A stretch of 64,000 nt of DNA from positions 15,433-79,432 of the forward strand of contig CAWJGY010000009.1 of NCBI GenBank assembly GCA_963842645.1, given 5' to 3'. The position numbers were made by a program, and so were the translations under genes. The notes under the pieces were generated by a model, which searched no databases, was not told the DNA's origin, and saw only the letters and a list, made by a program, of their open reading frames with translations. The DNA comes from an uncultured Alphaproteobacteria bacterium. GTDB taxonomy: Bacteria; Pseudomonadota; Alphaproteobacteria; Rhizobiales; Xanthobacteraceae. Below are positions 41,024-51,752 of this stretch, one piece after another; the first letter of the stretch is position 1, and each line of letters begins with the position of its first letter.

Positions 41024-41884
41024 TTATTTCTCGTCCTTTACCACATTCTTCAGCGTGCCGACCTCAGGCACATGCATTTCGAACACATCGCCAGCTTTGA
41101 GCCATTTGCGCTCGTCCGGCTTCTGGTTGAGCTTGGTCGGCGTGCCGGTGGCAATGATGTCGCCGGGCTTGAGCGTCATGAAGGTCGATACGTAGGACAG
41201 GATATCGACAAATCCGAAGATCATGTGATCGGAGGTGTCGTCCTGCGTCACCTCGCCGTTGATCCTGCAGGTGATGTGCAGCGGCTTTGTCAGATCGACG
41301 TCGGTCGTCATCCACGGCCCGATGCTGCCGGTCGAGTCCCAGGACTTGCCTTGGGTGACGTTGAAACGGCCGTGCCGAATCCAGTCGCGAATGGTGCCCT
41401 CGTTGCACATGGTGATACCGGCGACGTGATCCAGTGCGCGATCCTTCGCGATGCGCCGGCCGGTTTTGCCGATAACCAGCGCAATCTCGCCTTCGTACTC
41501 GAGCTGTTCGGATTCCGCTGGCCTTAAGATCGGCTGATTGTGCGCAACCATGGTGTTCGGCGGCTTAAAGAACATGCTGGGATATTTGGCCTCCTGGTTG
41601 CCGCCGGCTGCGGTCAATTCGGCGTCCCGATTGGCGTAATTCACCCCGATACAGAGAATTTTTTCACCGCCCACAACCGGCGGCAGCAGTTCCACCTCGG
41701 TCAGCGCAAAGTCCGCCCGCACGCCGGCCGCGATGGTTTTGACCTCATCGAGCGCACCGGCGCGCAGCACATCGAGTACCGAGGTCAGGCGCGGCGCGAG
41801 CCGCGGGCGCAGGTCGACGACGCCATCGCCGGATACAATGCCAAAACTGGAACGACCGCGAATGTTGTAGCTGGCAAGATGCAT
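41024..41884 (-). CDS. Fumarylacetoacetate hydrolase family protein
   Basis: CIGVNY, YEGEIA, GKSWD, GPW, LKPGDIIATGTP. Confidence 0.92.
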   Translation of the reverse strand: MHLASYNIRGRSSFGIVSGDGVVDLRPRLAPRLTSVLDVLRAGALDEVKTIAAGVRADFALTEVELLPPVVGGEKILCIGVNYANRDAELTAAGGNQEAKYPSMFFKPPNTMVAHNQPILRPAESEQLEYEGEIALVIGKTGRRIAKDRALDHVAGITMCNEGTIRDWIRHGRFNVTQGKSWDSTGSIGPWMTTDVDLTKPLHITCRINGEVTQDDTSDHMIFGFVDILSYVSTFMTLKPGDIIATGTPTKLNQKPDERKWLKAGDVFEMHVPEVGTLKNVVKDEK

Positions 41885-41995
41885 GAAGACTCCCAAGCGA
41901 AGGTCCGCGCCGCGGCGCGGCGCGCCCGTGGTACAATAGGCGGCCGCAAACCGCCATAGTTGTGGCGGTGCCCGCGAAACGCGCGTCGCACTCCA

Positions 41996-42028
41996 CCCTC
42001 ACCCTAGGGCTTGACCCGGGGGTCCATC
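41996..42028. repeat. Degenerate CGTC-family REP
   Basis: ccctagggcttgacccgggggtccat shares the gggcttgaccc core. Confidence 0.5.
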
Positions 42029-42070
42029 TCCCGCAACAGCTGGATTGTGTTTTTGGAATAGCGCCCAGGC

Positions 42071-42976
42071 ATGAAAACCATCTTCATCGACTGCAATCCG
42101 CAACTCGGCGCGGTGTGGAAGCGCGTCTATCGCCCCGACGATCCGCCGGTGATGATCAACGAAACGCCGTTCGAGAAGAGCGAGCTGCCGCGCGTCGTCG
42201 GCGGCTATGAGGTAGTCATCGACGATCACAGCTACATGCCGACCGACTTGGTTGCGCGGTGCGAGCGCCTTAAACACATCGTGTTCCTCGGCACCGGCGC
42301 CGCAAGCTACATGAACGTCGCCGAGCTAGAAGCAGCCGACGTCAAAGTCCACACCATCAAGGGTTACGGCGATACCGCGGTGGCCGAGCAAACCATCGCG
42401 CTGATGATGGCCGCCTGCCGCGATCTTGCGCGGATGGACCGCAATATCCGCGCCGGCACCTGGGGGCCGCTCGAAGGCGTGCAGGTGTTCGGCAAGACGC
42501 TCGGCATCATCGGGCTCGGCGGCATCGGCGCGGAGGTCGCGCGCATTGCCAAGGGCATGGGAATGGACGTGATCGCCTGGAATCGCACCAAGCGGCCGGA
42601 CGCCGCCGTGCCGCTGGTCGAGCTCGACGCGCTGCTGCAAAAGTCCGATATCGTCTCGCTCAATCTCACGCTCGGCGATGAGACCCGCGGCTTCCTCGAC
42701 AAGCAGCGGATCGAGCGCATGAAGCCCGGCACCATCCTGGTCAACACCGCGCGCGGCGCGTTGGTCGACGAGACGGCACTGATCGAGGCGCTGAGAAGCG
42801 GGCACATTCGGCACGCCGGACTCGACGTTTTCCATAACGAGCCGCTGAAAGCCGACCATCCCCTGGCAAAGCTGGACAACGTGACCCTGTCGGCCCACGC
42901 CGCCTTTCGCACGCTGGAGGCCTCGATGACGCTGCTGCGGCGGGCCATCGACATCGTTAAGCGCATACAAACCTAG
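42071..42976 (+). CDS. D-isomer-specific 2-hydroxyacid dehydrogenase family protein
   Basis: GLGGIG, NTARG, GLDVF..EP, SAH. Confidence 0.9.
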   Translation: MKTIFIDCNPQLGAVWKRVYRPDDPPVMINETPFEKSELPRVVGGYEVVIDDHSYMPTDLVARCERLKHIVFLGTGAASYMNVAELEAADVKVHTIKGYGDTAVAEQTIALMMAACRDLARMDRNIRAGTWGPLEGVQVFGKTLGIIGLGGIGAEVARIAKGMGMDVIAWNRTKRPDAAVPLVELDALLQKSDIVSLNLTLGDETRGFLDKQRIERMKPGTILVNTARGALVDETALIEALRSGHIRHAGLDVFHNEPLKADHPLAKLDNVTLSAHAAFRTLEASMTLLRRAIDIVKRIQT

Positions 42977-43045
42977 GCATTCCAGCGCCCATGAAACTTT
43001 CCCCTTCGACCGCCGTTGTTTGGGTTGGTTCGAAAGGGAAATCCG

Positions 43046-44107
43046 ATGGCCGATACCGCCACACTTCCGTCAATCGCCGAGCACGGCGCATCCCGGCTGC
43101 CTTCGGTCGAGGTCGATTCCTACAACATCGAACTCAAGGACGACGAGGGCTTCATCGGCGATCGCGCCAGCAAGAGGGCCTTCCGGGAGATCATCGAGAA
43201 CTGGCGGAAGTCGATGCGCAAGGCGGGCGATGACCCGTTTGGCGAGGAGCCTAGCGATGAGATTTCCAAGAAGACGTTTGATGCGCTGCTGACCAAGGGC
43301 GATCCCGAGGCCGCCGGCATCGTCCAAGGCGCGATCGAGGATTTCTCGCAGGAGCTCGCCCTGGTGGTCCGGCGCTATCTCAAGACCAAGGGATGGAAAG
43401 ACACCGAGCGGATCGTGGTCGGTGGCGGCTTCCGCGACAGCCGCGTTGGCGAGTTGGTGATCGGCCGCACCTCGGTAATCCTCAAGGCGGACAAAGTGGA
43501 TATCGAGTTGACCCCGGTCCGCAACAATCCGGACGAGGCGGGGCTGATCGGCGCGGCTCATCTCGCCCCGAAATGGCTGTTCAAGGCCCACGACGCCATC
43601 CTCGCGGTAGATATCGGCGGCACCAACATCCGCGCCGGCGTGGTCCAGCTCAACCTGAAGAAGGCCGCCGACCTGTCCAAGGCCGAGGTCTGGAAATTCG
43701 AGCTTTGGCGTCACGCTGACGAGAAAAAGATCGATCGCGAAGACGCCATCAAAAAGCTGGTCGATATGCTGGATACTTTGGTCGACAAGGCCAAGAAGGG
43801 AGGCCTCAAGCTCGCACCATTCATCGGCATTGGCTGCCCAGGCATCATCAACAAGGATGGTGCGATCGACCGCGGCGCGCAGAACCTGCCCGGCAACTGG
43901 GAATCCAGCAAATTTCATCTGCCCAGCGCCATCCACAAGGCCCTCCCCAAGATCGGCGACGACGAGACTGCGATCCTGATGCACAACGACGCTGTGGTTC
44001 AGGGCCTGAGCGAGGCGCCGTTCATGCAGGACGTGAAACGCTGGGGCGTGCTGACCATCGGCACCGGCCTCGGCAACGCGCGGTTCACCAACCGCAAGGA
44101 TGAGTAG
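43046..44107 (+). CDS. ROK-family (sugar kinase-like) protein with circularly permuted motif order
   Basis: IVVGGG and EAGLIGAA precede DIGGT, GIGCPG, NDA and LTIGTGLG. Confidence 0.85.
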   Translation: MADTATLPSIAEHGASRLPSVEVDSYNIELKDDEGFIGDRASKRAFREIIENWRKSMRKAGDDPFGEEPSDEISKKTFDALLTKGDPEAAGIVQGAIEDFSQELALVVRRYLKTKGWKDTERIVVGGGFRDSRVGELVIGRTSVILKADKVDIELTPVRNNPDEAGLIGAAHLAPKWLFKAHDAILAVDIGGTNIRAGVVQLNLKKAADLSKAEVWKFELWRHADEKKIDREDAIKKLVDMLDTLVDKAKKGGLKLAPFIGIGCPGIINKDGAIDRGAQNLPGNWESSKFHLPSAIHKALPKIGDDETAILMHNDAVVQGLSEAPFMQDVKRWGVLTIGTGLGNARFTNRKDE

Positions 44108-44188
44108 CGCACTCGGCACCGACTTGCCGCATTGACCTGCCCCTCCCCCGGCCACACAATCCCCGACAAGAAAAACCAGGGGAGACGC

Positions 44189-45031
44189 GTGAAGCCGGCG
44201 CCATTTTCTTATGCCAAGGCGAAATCGCTCGATCATGCCATCGAGTTGATGGCTCGCCCCGAAGCGCGGCTGCTCGCGGGTGGACAGAGCCTGATCGCCA
44301 CGCTGAACATGCGGCTGTCGGCGCCAAAGCTTTTGATCGACTTGAATGGCCTGCGCGACTTGGCCGGCATCGCTATCAAGAATGGTGCGGTTGAGATCGG
44401 CGCACTGACGCGCCACGCCGAAGCCGAGCGGTCCGCCGACATTGCCAGGCACGCGCCGCTGATCGCGCTCGCCGTGCCGCACATCGGCCACCCGGCGATC
44501 CGAAACCGCGGCACGCTCGGTGGCTCGATCGCCTTCGCCGACCCGGCCGCCGAACTGCCGGCATGCCTGGTCGCGCTCGGCGGCGAAGTCGACATCGCCG
44601 GGCCGAAGGGCAAGCGCACAGTGCAGGCCGACGATTTCTTCAAGGGCCTGTTCGAGACCGCACTGGGCGCGCAGGACGTCCTGACCGCGATCCGCGTTCC
44701 CGTGGCGACGAAAGAGACACGCGTCGGTTTCGCCGAGTTCACCCGCCGCCACGGCGATTACGCGATGGTCGGACTCGCCGCTTGCGCACAGGCCGACGGC
44801 AAAGGACTGCGTGATGTACGGCTTGCCTATTTTGGCGTGGGCGCTGTGCCGCTGCGCGCGAAAAAGGCCGAGACGAAACTCGCCGAGGGGAGCATCGACG
44901 ACGCCGTGAAGGTGCTTGCCGCCGATCTTGCCCCCTTGGACGACGTGCAGGCAACCGGTGCTGCCAAACGACATCTCGCCGGGGTGCTGCTGCGGCGCGT
45001 GGCCCGACAGCTCATGGAGGCGCGGTCATGA
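44189..45031 (+). CDS. Xanthine dehydrogenase family FAD-binding (medium, CoxM-like) subunit
   Basis: KPAPFSY, AGGQSL, IRNRGTLGGS..ADPAAE, RRHGDYA; GTG start. Confidence 0.92.
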   Translation: MKPAPFSYAKAKSLDHAIELMARPEARLLAGGQSLIATLNMRLSAPKLLIDLNGLRDLAGIAIKNGAVEIGALTRHAEAERSADIARHAPLIALAVPHIGHPAIRNRGTLGGSIAFADPAAELPACLVALGGEVDIAGPKGKRTVQADDFFKGLFETALGAQDVLTAIRVPVATKETRVGFAEFTRRHGDYAMVGLAACAQADGKGLRDVRLAYFGVGAVPLRAKKAETKLAEGSIDDAVKVLAADLAPLDDVQATGAAKRHLAGVLLRRVARQLMEARS

Positions 45032-45516
45032 GCGAACAACGCTGCGACATCACGCTCACGGTGAATGGCGAGACTGTCGTCGAAACGGTCGACGCACGGA
45101 AGACCCTGGTCGATTTCCTGCGCGATGATCTGGTCCTGACCGGCAGTCATGTCGGATGCGAGCATGGCGTCTGCGGCGCCTGCACGGTGCGCGTCGACGG
45201 CGTGGCCGTGCGCGGCTGCCTGATGCTGGCGGTGCAATGCGACGGGGCCAAGATCGAGACCATCGAAGGCGTGTCGGATTTGGGCGAGATCGCCGACCTG
45301 CAGAAGGCGTTCGAGCAGCGCAACGCGCTGCAATGCGGCTTCTGTACGCCCGGCATGCTGCTCACCGCGCAAGAGTTGCTGGCGAACGGCAAGGTGCCGA
45401 GCCGCGAGAAAATCCGCGAGCAGATTTCCGGCAATTACTGCCGCTGCACCGGCTACCAGGCCATCGTCGACGCGATCGAGTCGGTCGCCGAAACGCGCGC
45501 GGGAGGCAAGCGATGA
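45028..45516 (+). CDS. (2Fe-2S) small (CoxS-like) subunit
   Basis: GCEHGVCGAC, QCGFCTPG, CRCTGY. Confidence 0.95.
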   Translation: MSEQRCDITLTVNGETVVETVDARKTLVDFLRDDLVLTGSHVGCEHGVCGACTVRVDGVAVRGCLMLAVQCDGAKIETIEGVSDLGEIADLQKAFEQRNALQCGFCTPGMLLTAQELLANGKVPSREKIREQISGNYCRCTGYQAIVDAIESVAETRAGGKR

Positions 45517-47909
45517 AAATCGTCGACGACTCCCCGCCGATCCTCACGGCGCTCGACCGGCCGAACTCATACATCGGCCGCTCGGTGCCGCGGCCCAACC
45601 TCGCGCGCCTGATGCAGGGCCACGCGCAATATGTCAGCGACGTCGTGCTGCCGCGAATGGCACATGTCGCCTTCGTGCGCTCGCCGCACGCGCATGCGCG
45701 AATCAAGCGGATCGATGTCCTCGCGGCCAAAAAGGCCCCCGGCGTCATCGCAGTGGTCACCGGCGCGGAGCTGTCGAAGGTCATCTCGCCCTGGATCGGC
45801 GTGCTAACTCATCTCAAGGGGTTGAAGTCAGCGCCGCAGAACGCCATCGCGATCGATCGCGCCTGCTGGGCCGGCGAAGCGGTCTGCGCCGTGGTCGCTC
45901 GAACGCGCGCCGAGGCTGAGGACGGTTGCGAGCTGGTCGCGGTCGATTATGAGGAATTGCCGCCGGTCACCGATCCGGAAACCGCGCTCGATCCGGCGAC
46001 ACCGGTGATCCATCCGTCGATCACCGACAATCTCTGCTTCGAGCGCGTGCATACGGCGGGCGATCCTGACAAGGGTTTCGCCGAGGCCGATGCCGTGGTC
46101 GAGACCACCTTCGTGTTCGGTCGCCATACCGGCGTCACCAATGAGCCGCGCGCCATCGTCGCCGACTGGAATCCAGGGGAAGCACGCCTGACCGTCTATC
46201 AGGGCACGCAGGCGCCGCACATGATGCAGAACCTGTTCGCCAAGCATCTGGGATTGGAAGAGCATCAGATCCGCGTCGTTACCAAGGACGTCGGCGGCTC
46301 GTTCGGTATCAAGGTGCACACCTACGCCGACGAGATGGCGACAGTGGCGCTGTCGAAGCTGCTCAAGCGGCCCATCAAATTCGTCGCCGACCGGATCGAG
46401 AGCTTCGTCACCGACATCCACGCCCGCGACCACCGGGTGAAGGCCAAGATCGGCGTGAAGAACGACGGCACCATCACCGCCTGGGAGATCGACGACCTCA
46501 CCGGCATCGGCCCCTACTCGGTCTATCCGCGCACGTCCGGCATCGAAGCAAATCAGGTGGTCAACCTCACCGGCGGTCCGTACACCTGCTCTAACTATCG
46601 CGCCCGCGCCCGCGTGGTGTTCCAAAACAAAAATGTGATGTGCCAGTACCGCGCGGTCGGCCACCCGATCGCGACCGCAGTCACGGAAGGGCTTGTCGAG
46701 CTCGCCGCCGCCAAGATCGGCATGGATCCGCTAGAAATTCGCAGGCGAAATCTGATCGCCGACGACGCGCACCCGTCGCAGGGCCCCTCCGGCATCAAGT
46801 TCGAAGCGCTGTCGAACCACGAGGCGATGGCCCACCTCGACACGATGATGAACTACGCGGGGCTGCGCGCCGAGCAGGAGAAGCTTCGCAAGCAGAGCAT
46901 CTATCGCGGCATCGGCTTTGCGAGCTTCGTCGAGGTGACCAATCCGTCGGCGGCGTTCTACGGCGTCGGCGGCGCGCGCATCTCGGCGCAGGACGGCGCG
47001 ACCGTGCGGCTTGATGCCACCGGCGCGATCTTCTGCCACACCGGCGTGTCCGAGCAGGGCCAGGGCGCGGAAGCCGTGATCGCACAATGCGTGGCGACAA
47101 GCTTCGGCGTTTCGATGGATCGCGTGCGTGTCGTCATGGGCGACACCGATAATACGCCCTACGGCGGCGGCACCTGGGCCTCGCGCGCCGCCGGCATCGG
47201 CGGCGAAGCCGCGTGGCAGGCGGGCAAGGCGCTGCGCGGCAACGTGCTGGCGGTCGCAGGCTCAATACTGCAGGCGAAGCCGGAGACGCTCGACATCCGC
47301 AATAGCGTGGTCGTCGATGCGGCGACCGGCACCGAACGGCTGCCGCTCCATGAGCTCGCCCGCATCTGCTACTTCCGTCCCGATACGCTGCCGGCGGGCA
47401 TTCAGGCCGAGTTGGTGGCGACGCGCCATTACGTGCCGCGGGCCTGGGCCTTCGCCTTCACCAACGGCATCCAGGCGAGCTATCTCGAGGTCGACACCGA
47501 CTCTGGCTTCGTGAAACTGCTCAAGCACTGGTGTGTAGAGGACTGTGGCACCGTGATTAACCCGCAGCTCGTCGACGAGCAGGTGCGAGGTGGCATTGTT
47601 CAGGGCATCGGCGCGGCGCTGTTCGAACAGTGCCTCTATGACGAGCGCGGCCAATTGCTCAATGGAAACATGGCCGACTACCTCGTGCCGATGGCGGCGG
47701 AGATGCCGGACATGACCGTGGGTCATGTTGTCACCCCCACCGCCGACTCCGAGCTCGGCGCCAAAGGCGCCGGCGAGGCCGGCACCGCCGGCGCGCCGGG
47801 ATGCGTCATGAACGCCATCAACGACGCGCTGCGTCCGTTGGGCGCCGCCCCACTGACGGACATGCCGTTCACGCCGGACAAAATTCTCCGCGCGCTCGGC
47901 AAAGTGTGA
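45513..47909 (+). CDS. Xanthine dehydrogenase family molybdopterin-binding large subunit (not CODH)
   Basis: RSPHAHARI, GGSFGIK, QYRAVGHP, EQGQG, INP.LVDEQ..GG, GAKGAGE. Confidence 0.92.
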   Translation: MKIVDDSPPILTALDRPNSYIGRSVPRPNLARLMQGHAQYVSDVVLPRMAHVAFVRSPHAHARIKRIDVLAAKKAPGVIAVVTGAELSKVISPWIGVLTHLKGLKSAPQNAIAIDRACWAGEAVCAVVARTRAEAEDGCELVAVDYEELPPVTDPETALDPATPVIHPSITDNLCFERVHTAGDPDKGFAEADAVVETTFVFGRHTGVTNEPRAIVADWNPGEARLTVYQGTQAPHMMQNLFAKHLGLEEHQIRVVTKDVGGSFGIKVHTYADEMATVALSKLLKRPIKFVADRIESFVTDIHARDHRVKAKIGVKNDGTITAWEIDDLTGIGPYSVYPRTSGIEANQVVNLTGGPYTCSNYRARARVVFQNKNVMCQYRAVGHPIATAVTEGLVELAAAKIGMDPLEIRRRNLIADDAHPSQGPSGIKFEALSNHEAMAHLDTMMNYAGLRAEQEKLRKQSIYRGIGFASFVEVTNPSAAFYGVGGARISAQDGATVRLDATGAIFCHTGVSEQGQGAEAVIAQCVATSFGVSMDRVRVVMGDTDNTPYGGGTWASRAAGIGGEAAWQAGKALRGNVLAVAGSILQAKPETLDIRNSVVVDAATGTERLPLHELARICYFRPDTLPAGIQAELVATRHYVPRAWAFAFTNGIQASYLEVDTDSGFVKLLKHWCVEDCGTVINPQLVDEQVRGGIVQGIGAALFEQCLYDERGQLLNGNMADYLVPMAAEMPDMTVGHVVTPTADSELGAKGAGEAGTAGAPGCVMNAINDALRPLGAAPLTDMPFTPDKILRALGKV

Positions 47910-48036
47910 CCTCTGCTCATTTCACGTGCAGCAGCGCGGCTTTAGCCTTTCTGTCGATAGACGAACGCTGTGCAGGGCGTCACAATCCGCCGTATCGATC
48001 AGGCGGAGCGCAACCGCCGGCGCAAGGGAGTGAGCG

Positions 48037-48990
48037 ATGGACATCAAGGTCGGCAAGAAGGCGATCGAGGAGGCATCGAAGAAACTTTCGAACTGGGGCC
48101 GCTGGGGCAAGGAAGACCAGATCGGAACGCTCAACCACGTCACGCCGGAAGACATCGTCAAGGCCGCGAGCCTCATCCGCACCGGCAAGGTTTTCGCGCT
48201 CGGCATCCCGCTCGACCGCGACGGCCCGCAGACCGGATTGTTCGGCGGACGTTTCAACCCGATCCACCAGATGCTGGCGACCGGCACCGACGCCATCGCC
48301 GGCCAGCAGGACTGGAACAAGATCCGCTACGCCGACGACACGCTCATGCTGTGCGTGCAGGGCGCAACCCATTGGGACGCGCTCGGCCACATATTCCATG
48401 AGGACAAGGCCTATAACGGCCACGACGCCAAGCTGATCGACTCGCGCGGCCTTTCGGTGCTCGGCATCGAGCACTCCAAGAACAAGATGATCGGCCGGGG
48501 CGTGCTGCTCGACATCGCCCGATTCCGCAATGTGCCGTGGATGAAGGACGGCGAAAGCATCTCTAACGACGAGTTGAACAAGTGCGCGCGCGCCCAGAAC
48601 GTCGAAATCCGCAAGGGCGATTTCGTCATCGTTCGCACTGGCCAGATGGAGCGCTGCCTTTCGGAGAAGCAGTGGGGCGGCTATGCCGGCGGCGACGCGC
48701 CGGGCGTCAAGTTCGAGAACTGCTACTGGTGCCAGGAGAAGGAGGTCGCCGCGATCTGCACCGACACCTGGGGCGTCGAGGTGCGGCCGAACGAGACCAC
48801 CGAAGCGAACCAGCCCTGGCACTGGGTTGTGATCCCGGCCATGGGGCTTTGCATGGGCGAGATCTTCTACCTCAAGGAGTTGGCAGCGGACTGCGAGGCC
48901 GACGGCGTCTACGAATTCTTCTTCAGCGGTCCGCCGCTGATCATCACCGGCGCCACCGGTTCGCCGATCAACCCGCAGGCGATCAAATGA
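48037..48990 (+). CDS. Cyclase-family metal-dependent hydrolase (kynurenine formamidase-like)
   Basis: NWGRWG.EDQIGTLN, THWDALGH, GRGVLLD, RTG, TGSPINP. Confidence 0.9.
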   Translation: MDIKVGKKAIEEASKKLSNWGRWGKEDQIGTLNHVTPEDIVKAASLIRTGKVFALGIPLDRDGPQTGLFGGRFNPIHQMLATGTDAIAGQQDWNKIRYADDTLMLCVQGATHWDALGHIFHEDKAYNGHDAKLIDSRGLSVLGIEHSKNKMIGRGVLLDIARFRNVPWMKDGESISNDELNKCARAQNVEIRKGDFVIVRTGQMERCLSEKQWGGYAGGDAPGVKFENCYWCQEKEVAAICTDTWGVEVRPNETTEANQPWHWVVIPAMGLCMGEIFYLKELAADCEADGVYEFFFSGPPLIITGATGSPINPQAIK

Positions 48991-49024
48991 CCGCGAAGCG
49001 GTCATCTCGGACAGAGGTCGATCC

Positions 49025-49996
49025 GTGATCGCGCGGCGCACGGCCGTCGTCGCAATTGCCCTGACGGCATGCGTCGTCGCTGCCCCTTCGCATTCCCAGG
49101 ATTATCCCTCGCGTCCGGTCCGCATCCTGTTCGGATTCGGACCCGGTAGCTCCGGTGACATCATGACTCGTGTGCTGGCGCAGCGCATGAGCCAGGACCT
49201 CGGCCAGCCGTTCGTCGTCGAGGGCAAGCCGGGCGCCAACGGGCAGCTTGGCGCGGCGCAGGTCGCCCGTGCGCCGAATGACGGCTACACGCTGTTCCTC
49301 GCTTCCGTCTCCAACGCCACCAACGTGGCGATCACGCCTAGCTCCGCCACCGATCTCGCCAAGGAGCTGACGCCGATCGCGCTGGTGGCAAATGTGCCGA
49401 GCATCCTCGTGGTCCATCCGTCGCTCGGCGTCGCCAATGTTCAGGAGCTGATCGCGCTGGCGAAGGCCAAGCCCGACCAGCTGTTCTTCGGCTCGGTCGG
49501 CGTCGGCAGCCCGCCGCACCTCGCCGGCGAACTGTTCAAAGAACTCGCCGGCGTCAGGCTCACGCATGTGCCCTATGCTGGCGGCAGCGGACAGGCCGCG
49601 ACCGACCTTATCGCCGGGCGCATCTCGATGATCTTCTCGCCGCAGTCGACGATCGCGCCGCACATCGCTGCCGGCACCGTCAAGGCGCTGGCCGCCGCGA
49701 CCGCAAAGCGCGCCGGCCTGTTTCCCGACCTGCCGACGATCGCGGAAGCCGGCCTGCCCGGTTTCGACTCTGGCATCTGGGGCGGGCTAATGGCGCCGGC
49801 CGGCACGCCACGTCCTGTGATCGACCGGATCGCGCGCGCAGCCAACGATGCACTCAAAACTCCCGAAGTGATTTCGGTGTGGCGCAACGCCGGCATCGAT
49901 CCGCTCGGCGGCACGCCGGAGGACTTTGCCCGGCTGATCGACGATGAAGTCGACAAATGGGGCAAGGTTGCCAAGGCCGCGGGATTGAGCAAGTAA
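49025..49996 (+). CDS. Bug/TctC substrate-binding protein
   Basis: YPSRPVRI, KPGANG, DGYTL, HVPY, LPTIAE. Confidence 0.9.
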   Translation: MIARRTAVVAIALTACVVAAPSHSQDYPSRPVRILFGFGPGSSGDIMTRVLAQRMSQDLGQPFVVEGKPGANGQLGAAQVARAPNDGYTLFLASVSNATNVAITPSSATDLAKELTPIALVANVPSILVVHPSLGVANVQELIALAKAKPDQLFFGSVGVGSPPHLAGELFKELAGVRLTHVPYAGGSGQAATDLIAGRISMIFSPQSTIAPHIAAGTVKALAAATAKRAGLFPDLPTIAEAGLPGFDSGIWGGLMAPAGTPRPVIDRIARAANDALKTPEVISVWRNAGIDPLGGTPEDFARLIDDEVDKWGKVAKAAGLSK

Positions 49997-50026
49997 GTCT
50001 ATATACAGAACTTGAGGAGATTTCTC

Positions 50027-51334
50027 ATGCCCCGCTTCCTCAAACGCGGAATGGACGCGAGCGCGATCAAGGCAGCCGACGCCAAGGTGCGCGAGACGGT
50101 CGAAGCCATCCTGGCACAGGTCGAGGATCACAAGGACGCCGCGATCCGCGATCTGTCGAAGAAATTCGACAATTGGGAGCCGAAGGATTTTCGCCTGACG
50201 CCCGCGGAAATCGAGAAAGCCATCTCGCAGGTTTCCAAGCGTGATCTCGACGACATCAAGTTCGCCCAAGCGCAGGTGCGCAACTTCGCGCAGAAGCAGC
50301 GCGAGACGATGAAGGATCTGGAGGTGGAAACGCTTCCCGGCGTTATCCTCGGCCACCGACACATCCCGGTGAATGCCATCGGCTGCTACGTGCCGGGCGG
50401 ACGCTATCCGATGGTCGCCTCCGCGCATATGTCGATCGTCACCGCGCGCGTCGCGGGCGTGAAGCGGATCATCGCCTGCGCGCCGCCGTTCAAGGGTGGA
50501 CCGCATCCGGCGATCGTCGCGGCGATGCATTTCGGCGGCGCCGACGAAATCTATGTGCTTGGCGGCGTGCAGGCGGTGGCGGCGATGGCGCTCGGCACCG
50601 AGACGATCGCGCCGGTGGACATGATCGTCGGCCCGGGAAACGCATATGTGGCGGAGGCGAAGCGGCAGTTATTCGGCCGTGTCGGTATCGACCTGCTGGC
50701 CGGCCCGACCGAGACGCTGGTGATCGCCGACGACAGCGTCGATGGGGAGATTTGTGCCACCGATCTGCTGGGCCAGGCCGAACACGGCCCGACCTCGCCG
50801 GCCATTCTCCTGACCAATTCCGAGAAGCTCGCACGCAACACGATGGAAGAGATCGAGCGGCTCCTGAAAATCCTGCCCACCGCGGACGCCGCAGGCAAGG
50901 CTTGGGCCGATTTCGGCGAGGTGATCGTCTGCGACAGCCCCGATGAGATGGTGCGCGAGGCCGACCGCATCGCCTCCGAGCACGTCCAGGTGATGACGCG
51001 CGACCCGGATTATTTCCTCAACAACATGAAAAACTACGGCTCACTGTTTCTGGGCGCGCGCACCAACGTCGCTTACGGCGACAAGGTGATTGGAACGAAC
51101 CACACGCTGCCGACCAAGAAGGCGGCGCGCTACACCGGGGGCCTGTGGGTTGGAAAATTCCTCAAGACCTGCACCTACCAGAAGGTGCTCACCGACCAGG
51201 CCAGTTCCATGATCGGCGAATACTGCTCGCGGCTGTGCATCCTCGAAGGCTTTTCGGCGCACGCCGAGCAGGCCAACGTGCGCGTGCGCCGCTATGGGGG
51301 GCGAAACGTCGCCTACGCGCAGGCGGCGGAGTGA
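50027..51334 (+). CDS. hisD: Histidinol dehydrogenase family protein (HisD paralog / HpsN-like)
   Basis: [41 protein letters not shown]; outside any his operon. Confidence 0.8.
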   Translation: MPRFLKRGMDASAIKAADAKVRETVEAILAQVEDHKDAAIRDLSKKFDNWEPKDFRLTPAEIEKAISQVSKRDLDDIKFAQAQVRNFAQKQRETMKDLEVETLPGVILGHRHIPVNAIGCYVPGGRYPMVASAHMSIVTARVAGVKRIIACAPPFKGGPHPAIVAAMHFGGADEIYVLGGVQAVAAMALGTETIAPVDMIVGPGNAYVAEAKRQLFGRVGIDLLAGPTETLVIADDSVDGEICATDLLGQAEHGPTSPAILLTNSEKLARNTMEEIERLLKILPTADAAGKAWADFGEVIVCDSPDEMVREADRIASEHVQVMTRDPDYFLNNMKNYGSLFLGARTNVAYGDKVIGTNHTLPTKKAARYTGGLWVGKFLKTCTYQKVLTDQASSMIGEYCSRLCILEGFSAHAEQANVRVRRYGGRNVAYAQAAE

Positions 51335-51348
51335 CCTGCAAGCTCCGA

Positions 51349-51669
51349 CTAGAGTACCTGCGCCGCGGCGTGTTCAAAGGCGGCTCGAACCTCGTTCGCT
51401 GACTCGAGTTGGACAACCGCTGACACCAAGATCCGAAGCGGCGTGGCCTTTAGAGTATTTGACGGGCTCACCAATCCGGCACAAATCTGAGCCACAACTT
51501 CCGAATTTGCTTGAAATAAGGTCCGCCCGTTGTCCGGCCCGTCCATCAGCGTCACCATCAAGCCCTCCCCGTCGAGCGTAAGCTGGACGCGGTCACCATT
51601 GCGAAGCAGCAACTCGGAATACGGCCGGTCGCCATCGTCGCGAAAGACAATGATGGTTCCCAATGGCAT
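51349..51669 (-). CDS. Hypothetical protein
   Basis: 106-aa ATG ORF filling the intergenic gap, atypical codon usage. Confidence 0.5.
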   Translation of the reverse strand: MPLGTIIVFRDDGDRPYSELLLRNGDRVQLTLDGEGLMVTLMDGPDNGRTLFQANSEVVAQICAGLVSPSNTLKATPLRILVSAVVQLESANEVRAAFEHAAAQVL

Positions 51670-51752
51670 GATCGTAGCTCACGGTTGAAAGACCGTTCTA
51701 GAATGCGAGACAAGCTTACAAGAGTTCATCAGAACCCCGGTGCATAACAAGC

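Noticed and set aside
36207-44974. Long antisense ORFs (36207-37844, 40001-41527, 43070-44974)
   Set aside because: Shadow frames of well-supported GC-rich genes with no recognisable motifs.
45156-45512. N-terminal extension of the Mo large subunit (917-aa ORF)
   Set aside because: It overlaps the 2Fe-2S gene out of frame; RBS and ATGA coupling support a start at 45513.
44189-47909. Aerobic CO dehydrogenase (coxMSL)
   Set aside because: The large subunit has QYRAVGHP, not AYxCSFR (form I) or AYxGAGR (form II); no cox accessory genes.
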